From the NCBI GenBank assembly GCA_027923505.1, contig BROI01000018.1, positions 186,001 to 250,000 of the forward strand: a stretch of 64,000 nt of DNA. Reading direction: 5' to 3'. Source of the DNA: Mayamaea pseudoterrestris (taxonomy: Eukaryota). Under the pieces are notes generated by a model. That model had not been told where the DNA came from and searched no databases. It saw only the letters and a list, made by a program, of their open reading frames with translations. Each line of letters begins with the position of its first letter. Positions within the stretch are counted from its first letter, which is position 1. Position numbers and translations under genes: made by a program. Positions 57,455-64,000 of this stretch are shown here, piece by piece.

Positions 57455-59005
57455 TCATTGACTCCCAAGTTCTGCATCCGGTATGGGTGTATACCTAAAC
57501 CTCGGGCGACACGCGACTCCACGTATAAGATACATGACAGCATACGCAGACAAAACCAGAGCTATTCCGCCACACGCAAATTGCGGGAGCGTTGATTCAG
57601 TTGATGAAATCAATCCGACTGTTTCCTGGCCTCGAATCATTTGCCAGAGGTTCATGGAGTAGCTCACCTGCCTTCCATTTTCATCGCTGAACTTTTCACT
57701 GCTCCCTCGAATGTCGCTATAGTCATTCTTCTCAATCAGCAACCGCTGCGTCCACGACTTGGCTTCTCCCGGTTCCAAGTGAATGAGAATCATTGGCTCG
57801 GGCGAAAACGTTCCTCGTTCCACGTACAAGCCGTACGCGTACATTTGCTCGCGGATGTCATCGTTGTGCATGTGCAGCGAACTCGTTATTTGCGTATCGC
57901 ACGCACGAATCAAAAAGCCTCCTTTGGTTTGACCGTCGTCCATGAATTCAGACTTGATGCGAATGCCTGGATCCACGTCCCTCAAAAGATTCAAGTAAAT
58001 GCTTCCCAAACGTTCCTTGATTTGTGCATACTGCTTGATCGGTGTCGACCAACTCCATGTAGCAGGCTCTTCATAGAGCGGCAATCCCTGCGTGCCTTGT
58101 AAATACAATGAAGCCTCATATCCTGGTCCGACTGCTGTTCCATCGCAAGTAAAAAAGTTGTGCGAATACCATGCCGTTGATAATGGTTGTTGCCCAAGAT
58201 TCGTCAGTGTTGAAGTGACTTCCAATGTGTTACCCCGCAGTGTTATTTCCTTGTCCAATTTGTAACCGTACTGTACATGATCTTTATCTGTCATTAATGC
58301 TTGATGCTCCAGTTTCAATTGCGTCTCGGCCATGCCTGTGATCTTCCACTCAGGTGGCGAGGCAAACAGGTACGGCGAGTTGAATCGATAATCCTCCGCA
58401 GAGTCGCAAATGGGGCATGTTCCCTTGATAAGCTCGCCGACACCAATTTTTAGAAAGCTTTCGCCCAGTTTCGCCTGCTGATAACCTAGTACGCCATTTG
58501 TCACGCCTTCTGATGCCTTCCATCCGCACTGAAAGTAGCAAAATGCTCCATCATCTCCCACTCCAAATTCCGCCGCAAGCCCAATCCCCGACTCTGGCCA
58601 ATTCACATTATGTGGCTGCTTCCACGTGCGAGCATCAAAGAGGACATGTCCCTTGTAGCGAATGGATCCAATCATGGAGCCATGGTCGAATCGAGACGAG
58701 TAATAGTAAGTGTCTTCGTCTGGCTTGAGGCCGTCTGGAAGGTAAACGACCACCGACAAGTCGCCTTCCAGCGACTCGAGTGTAAAGTTTGAATAATGAG
58801 TCTCATGAGCTTGAACTTTAGAAAAGACAGATATCAATGATAGCAGTATAGCAAATATATGCAGCAATGATGGAAACTGTTTTGATACGCCGCGAACGCT
58901 TTTTCTCAAAGGTGGCGGCAGCTGCTGCCGCATTCGCATCTCATCTTGTATCAAATTAACTGCAGGTCTACTAGTATAATCATGTATGGCATAGTTCCTG
59001 ACCAT
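57455..59005 (-). CDS. Uncharacterised type I membrane protein with bacterial-like (galactose mutarotase-like) beta domain
   Basis: Signal or hydrophobic segment near the N-terminus and TM near the C-terminus; core YYSSRFDHG...LGYQQAKLGESFLKIGVGEL...LTNLG...WYSHNFF...LEPGEAKSW. Start may be a downstream Met. Confidence 0.6.
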   Translation of the reverse strand: MVRNYAIHDYTSRPAVNLIQDEMRMRQQLPPPLRKSVRGVSKQFPSLLHIFAILLSLISVFSKVQAHETHYSNFTLESLEGDLSVVVYLPDGLKPDEDTYYYSSRFDHGSMIGSIRYKGHVLFDARTWKQPHNVNWPESGIGLAAEFGVGDDGAFCYFQCGWKASEGVTNGVLGYQQAKLGESFLKIGVGELIKGTCPICDSAEDYRFNSPYLFASPPEWKITGMAETQLKLEHQALMTDKDHVQYGYKLDKEITLRGNTLEVTSTLTNLGQQPLSTAWYSHNFFTCDGTAVGPGYEASLYLQGTQGLPLYEEPATWSWSTPIKQYAQIKERLGSIYLNLLRDVDPGIRIKSEFMDDGQTKGGFLIRACDTQITSSLHMHNDDIREQMYAYGLYVERGTFSPEPMILIHLEPGEAKSWTQRLLIEKNDYSDIRGSSEKFSDENGRQVSYSMNLWQMIRGQETVGLISSTESTLPQFACGGIALVLSAYAVMYLIRGVACRPRFRYTPIPDAELGSQ

Positions 59006-59589
59006 GTTACAAGCTTTTTCGAAGCTTAGTCTGGATGAAGAATGCTATCTTTGCAGTGCGGCTGCATGGAGAAAGCAGAACCTGTGGTGGCCTGCTGCCT
59101 GCTGCTTCGCGGATCCGAAGATTGGCCGATCTTTCGAAAACGGTGCGACATTAAGTGGTTTTCTGATCGCCGAATCACTTTGGACGACGCTTCACTTTCA
59201 TCATTGCATTTACACTCCAAAGTCCGCTTCTTGCAGGTGCTGCGTCACAACTGCTCTTTCTGCAAATTGCAAATGTCTGCTGTTGACCATGTCACATCTG
59301 ATGGACCATTTATAATCAGAGTCATGGATTCGATATGTTTGAGACTGGCCATCTTCAATCTGTCAATCAGGTTCACATTCGCATTTTCTATGTAGTATAA
59401 ATTATATTTGAGGGTGCATCTTTGTAAGGCATCTTTAGAATTAGCTAGTTAACATTATATCAAAACAATATTAATTACCTGTAAAGTCTGCTGTTGGCTG
59501 ACCTTGTTACTCTTTGGATGTCTGCCCTCCCATACATTCCAGGCTACAAATGAGCTAGAAATGAAATAACTCCACCAATCTCACCGAAC

Positions 59590-60130
59590 ATGTGTCCGTA
59601 AGTGTAGCCATAACAGAACTAATGGGGGTAGTCTTTGAAGGTCACACACTGTAGCACCGTGGAGCTGTTCATTGTGTGGAGGTTTGCCCTCCCAAACAAC
59701 TAATGCTACAAGTGAGCTGGGATTGTTTTTAAGCACCAATCCCACTGCATATGTGTCCCCAAGCATAGCCAGAACAGAAATCATAAAACAAGACTATTGG
59801 GGGTAGTCATTGACAGCCTTACACTGTAGCACCGTGCAGCTGGTTACTGTGTGGATCTTTGCCCTCCCCAACAACTGATGCTACACGTGAGCTGGGAATG
59901 ATTGTTATGCACCAATCTCACCGCATATGTGTCCCCAAGAATAGTCAGAACGGAATTTATGGAACAAGACTATTGGGGGGGTGGTCTTTATAGGCCACAT
60001 ACTGTAGCACCGTGGAGCTGGTTACTGTGTGGAGGTTTGCCCTCCCAAACAACTAATGCTACACGTGAGCTGGAAATGATTGTTGTGCACAAATCTCTCA
60101 GTATAAGTGTTTCCAAGCATAGCCAGAACT
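59590..60130. repeat. Diverged ~177-bp tandem repeat, about 3 copies, bracketed by a 26-bp direct repeat
   Basis: ACTGTAGCACCGTG recurs at about 59648, 59823 and 60001. ATTCCAGGCTACAAAT(G/A)AGCTAGAAA is present at 59536-59561 and 60131-60156. Confidence 0.88.
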
Positions 60131-60162
60131 ATTCCAGGCTACAAATAAGCTAGAAAAAATAT

Positions 60163-63100
60163 CTGGTGTCTCAGGGGATGGCAATGTGATTGGTGACAAC
60201 TTGTCACCAGTCTCAGCCAGCAGATGTTTTGACATTCCAGCGCCCCTACAGCAAGCCATGTATACACCCAAATTACACCAGAAAGGTGACAGCATCATTA
60301 TTCAGGCTGCGCTACAAAGTGGTATGCCTGGATGGTGTCTCAGGGGATGGCAATGTGATTGGTGACAACTTGTCACCAATCTCAGCCCGCAGATGCATTG
60401 ACATTAAAACGCTCCTACAACACGCCATGTATACACCCAAATTACACCAGAATGGTGCCAACATCATTGTTTGGGCTGCGCTACAAGACGGTATGCCTGG
60501 CTGGGGTCTCAGGGGATGGCAATGTGATTGGTGACAACTTGTCACAATCTCAGCCAGCTGATGCCTTGACATTCAAACGCCCCTATAGCACGCCATGTAT
60601 ACACCCAAATTACACCAGAATGGTGCCAACATCATTATTTGGGCTGCGCTACAAGGTGGTATGCCTAGAGGGTGTCTCAGGGGATGGCAATGTAATTTGT
60701 GACAACTTGTCACCAGTCTCAGCCCGCAGATGCCTTTGACATTCAAACGCTCCTACAGCAAGCCATGTATACACCCAAATTACACCAGAATGGTGCCAAC
60801 ATCATTATTTGGGCTGCGCTACAAGGTGGTATGCCTGGCTGGTGTCTCAGGGGATGGCAATGTGATTGGTGACAACTTGTCACCAGTCTCAGCCCGCAGA
60901 TGCCTTGACATTCAAACGCTTTTACAGCACGCCATGTATACACCCAAATTACACCAGAATGGTGCCAACATCATTATTTGGGCTGCGCTACAAGATGGTA
61001 TGCCTGGCTGGGGTCTCAGGGGATGGCAATGTGATTGGTGACAACTTGTCACCAATCTCAGCCAGCTGATGCCTTGACATTCAAACGCCCCTACAGCACG
61101 CCATGTATACACCCAAATTACACCAGAATGGTGCCAACATCATTATTTGGGCTGCGCTACAAGGTGGTATGCCTGGATGGGGTCTCAGGGGATGGCGATG
61201 TGATTGGTGACAACTTGTCACCAGTCTCAGCCCGAAGATGCCTTGACATTTAAACCTTCCTACAGCAAGCCATGTATACAGCCAAATTACACCAAATGGT
61301 GCCAACATCATTGTTTGGGCTGCGCTACAAGAGGGTATGCCTGGTTGGGGTCTCAGGGGATGGCAATGTGATTGGTGACAACTTGTCACCAGTCTCAGCC
61401 CGCAGATGCCTTGACATTCAAACGCTCCTACAGCACGCCATGTATACACCCAAATTACACCAGAATGGTGCCAACATCATTATTTGGGCTGCGCTACAAG
61501 ATGGTATGCCTGGCTGGGGTCTCAGGGGATGGCAATGTGATTGGTGACAACTTGTCACCAGTCTCAGCCCGCAGATGCCTTGACATTCAAACGCTCCTAC
61601 AGCACGCCATGTATACACCCAAATTACACCAGAATGGTGCCAACATCATTATTTGGGCTGCGCTACAAGGTGGTATGCCTGGATGGTGTCTCAGGGGATG
61701 GCAATGTGATTGGTGACAACTTGTCACCAGTCTCAGCCCGCAGATGCCTTGACATTCAAACGCTCCTACAGCACGCCATGTATACACCCAAATTACACCA
61801 GAATGGTGCCAACATCATTATTTGGGCTGCGCTACAAGATGGTATGCCTGGCTGGGGTCTCAGGGGATGGCAATGTGATTGGTGACAACTTGTCACCAGT
61901 CTCAGCCCGCAGATGCCTTGACATTCAAACGCTCCTACAGCACGCCATGTATACACCCAAATTACACCAGAATGGTGCCAACATCATTCTTTGGGCTGCG
62001 CTACAAGGTGGTATGCCTGGATGGGGTCTCAGGGGATGGCAATGTGATTGGTGACAACTTGTCACCAGTCTCAGCCCGCAGATGCCTTGACATTCAAACG
62101 CTCCTACAGCACGCCATGTATACACCCAAATTACACCAGAATGGTGCCAACATCATTATTTGGGCTGCGCTACAAGATGGTATGCCTGGCTGGGGTCTCA
62201 GGGGATGGCAATGTGATTGGTGACAACTTGTCACCAGTCTCAGCCCGCAGATGCCTTGACATTCAAACGCTCCTACAGCACGCCATGTATACACCCAAAT
62301 TACACCAGAATGGTGCCAACATCATTATTTGGGCTGCGCTACAAGATGGTATGCCTGGATGGGGTCTCAGGGGATGGCAATGTGATTGGTGACAACTTGT
62401 CACCAGTCTCAGCCCGCAGATGCCTTGACATTCAAACGCCCCTACAGCACGCCATGTATACACCCAAATTACACCAGAATGGTGCCAACATCATTATTTG
62501 GGCTGCGCTACAAGATGGTATGCCTGGCTGGGGTCTCAGGGGATGGCAATGTGATTGGTGACAACTTGTCACCAGTCTCAGCCCGCAGATGCCTTGACAT
62601 TCAAACGCTCCTACAGCACGCCATGTATACACCCAAATTACACCAGAATGGTGCCAACATCATTATTTGGGCTGCGCTACAAGATGGTATGCCTGGCTGG
62701 TGTCTCAGGGGATGGCAATGTGATTGGTGACAACTTGTCACCAGTCTCAGCCCGCAGATGCCTTGACATTCAAACGCTCCACCTACAGCACGCCATGTAT
62801 ACACCCAAATTACACCAGAATGGTGCCAACATCATTATTTGGGCTGCGCTACAAGATGGTATGCCTGGCTGGGGTCTCAGGGGATGGCAATGTGATTGGT
62901 GACAACTTGTCACCAGTCTCAGCCCGCAGATGCCTTGACATTCAAACGCCCCTACAGCACGCCATGTATACACCCAAATTACACCAGAATGGTGCCAACA
63001 TCATTCTTTGGGCTGCGCTACAAGATGGTATGCCTGGCTGGTGTCTCAGGGGATGGCAATGTGATTGGTGACAACTTGTCACCAGTCTCAGCCCGCAGAT

Positions 63101-64000
63101 GCCTTGACATTCAAACGCCCCTACAGCACGCCATGTATACACCCAAATTACACCAGAATGGTGCCAACATCATTCTTTGGGCTGCGCTACAAGATGGTAT
63201 GCCTGGCTGGGGTCTCAGGGGATGGCAATGTGATTGGTGACAACTTGTCACCAGTCTCAGCCCGCAGATGCCTTGACATTCAAACGCTCCTACAGCACGC
63301 CATGTATACACCCAAATTACACCAGAATGGTGCCAACATCATTATTTGGGCTGCGCTACAAGATGGTATGCCTGGCTGGGGTCTCAGGGGATGGCAATGT
63401 GATTGGTGACAACTTGTCACCAGTCTCAGCCCGCAGATGCCTTGACATTCAAACGCTCCTACAGCACGCCATGTATACACCCAAATTACACCAGAATGGT
63501 GCCAACATCATTATTTGGGCTGCGCTACAAGATGGTATGCCTGGCTGGGGTCTCAGGGGATGGCAATGTGATTGGTGACAACTTGTCACCAGTCTCAGCC
63601 CGCAGATGCCTTGACATTCAAACGCTCCTACAGCAAGCCATGTATACACCCAAATTACACCAGAATGGTGCCAACATCATTATTTGGGCTGCGCTACAAG
63701 ATGGTATGCCTGGCTGGGGTCTCAGGGGATGGCAATGTGATTGGTGACAACTTGTCACCAGTCTCAGCCCGCAGATGCCTTGACATTCAAACGCCCCTAC
63801 AGCACGCCATGTATACACCCAAATTACACCAGAATGGTGCCAACATCATTATTTGGGCTGCGCTACAAGATGGTATGCCTGGCTGGGGTCTCAGGGGATG
63901 GCAATGTGATTGGTGACAACTTGTCACCAGTCTCAGCCCGCAGATGCCTTGACATTCAAACGCTCCTACAGCACGCCATGTATACACCCAAATTACACCA
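60163..64000. repeat. 169-bp tandem satellite array, about 23 copies, running off the window end
   Basis: Near-identical unit GGGGTCTCAGGGGATGGCAATGTGATTGGTGACAACTTGTCACCAGTCTCAGCCCGCAGATGCCTTGACATTCAAACGCTCCTACAGCACGCCATGTATACACCCAAATTACACCAGAATGGTGCCAACATCATTATTTGGGCTGCGCTACAAGATGGTATGCCTGGCT; ORF-track hits recur every 169 nt. Confidence 0.99.

Noticed and set aside
60163..64000. CRISPR array, or repeated 114-aa/66-aa protein genes, or 5S/tRNA/snRNA tandem genes
   Set aside because: Units are near-identical along their whole length with no unique spacers, and there are no cas genes in this eukaryotic context. The ORFs arise because 169 is not a multiple of 3, and they begin at non-ATG codons. 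No recognisable 5S, tRNA or snRNA sequence.

Overview
Gene-dense eukaryotic nuclear DNA, not prokaryotic. It has short GT-AG introns, very short intergenic spacers and many bipartite signal-peptide plus 'xAF' plastid-targeting N-termini, and it contains a RedCAP-type antenna gene. This points to a diatom or related ochrophyte; the species cannot be determined from the sequence alone. Positions 1-59 kb carry about 30 genes: RPS4, RPS13, RedCAP, TLDc, FYVE-lipase-FYVE, a dsRBD-like/PPR protein, STI1/HOP, ferredoxin-sulfite reductase, an alpha/beta hydrolase, HopJ-like, S1/CvfB-like, cyclophilin, L/F-transferase-like, SLY1, DXR, a CDP-alcohol phosphotransferase fused to a cytidylyltransferase-like domain, PFKFB, an RmlD-like SDR, pyridoxal kinase, BRO1, a cationic PT-repeat secreted protein, MFSD5/MOT2, IMPDH, VPS29, NAA20, CTD small phosphatase, SEC23 and several unknowns. 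Two non-autonomous or decayed TIR elements interrupt the gene run, at about 32.9-33.9 kb and 39.1-41.2 kb. After about 59.3 kb the sequence becomes CpG-poor and repetitive: three diverged ~177-bp repeats bracketed by a 26-bp direct repeat, then a palindrome-rich 169-bp satellite (about 23 copies) that runs off the window end. Gene models and introns were read by eye from splice motifs and reading-frame continuity. Family calls come from remembered motifs, and no database search was run.
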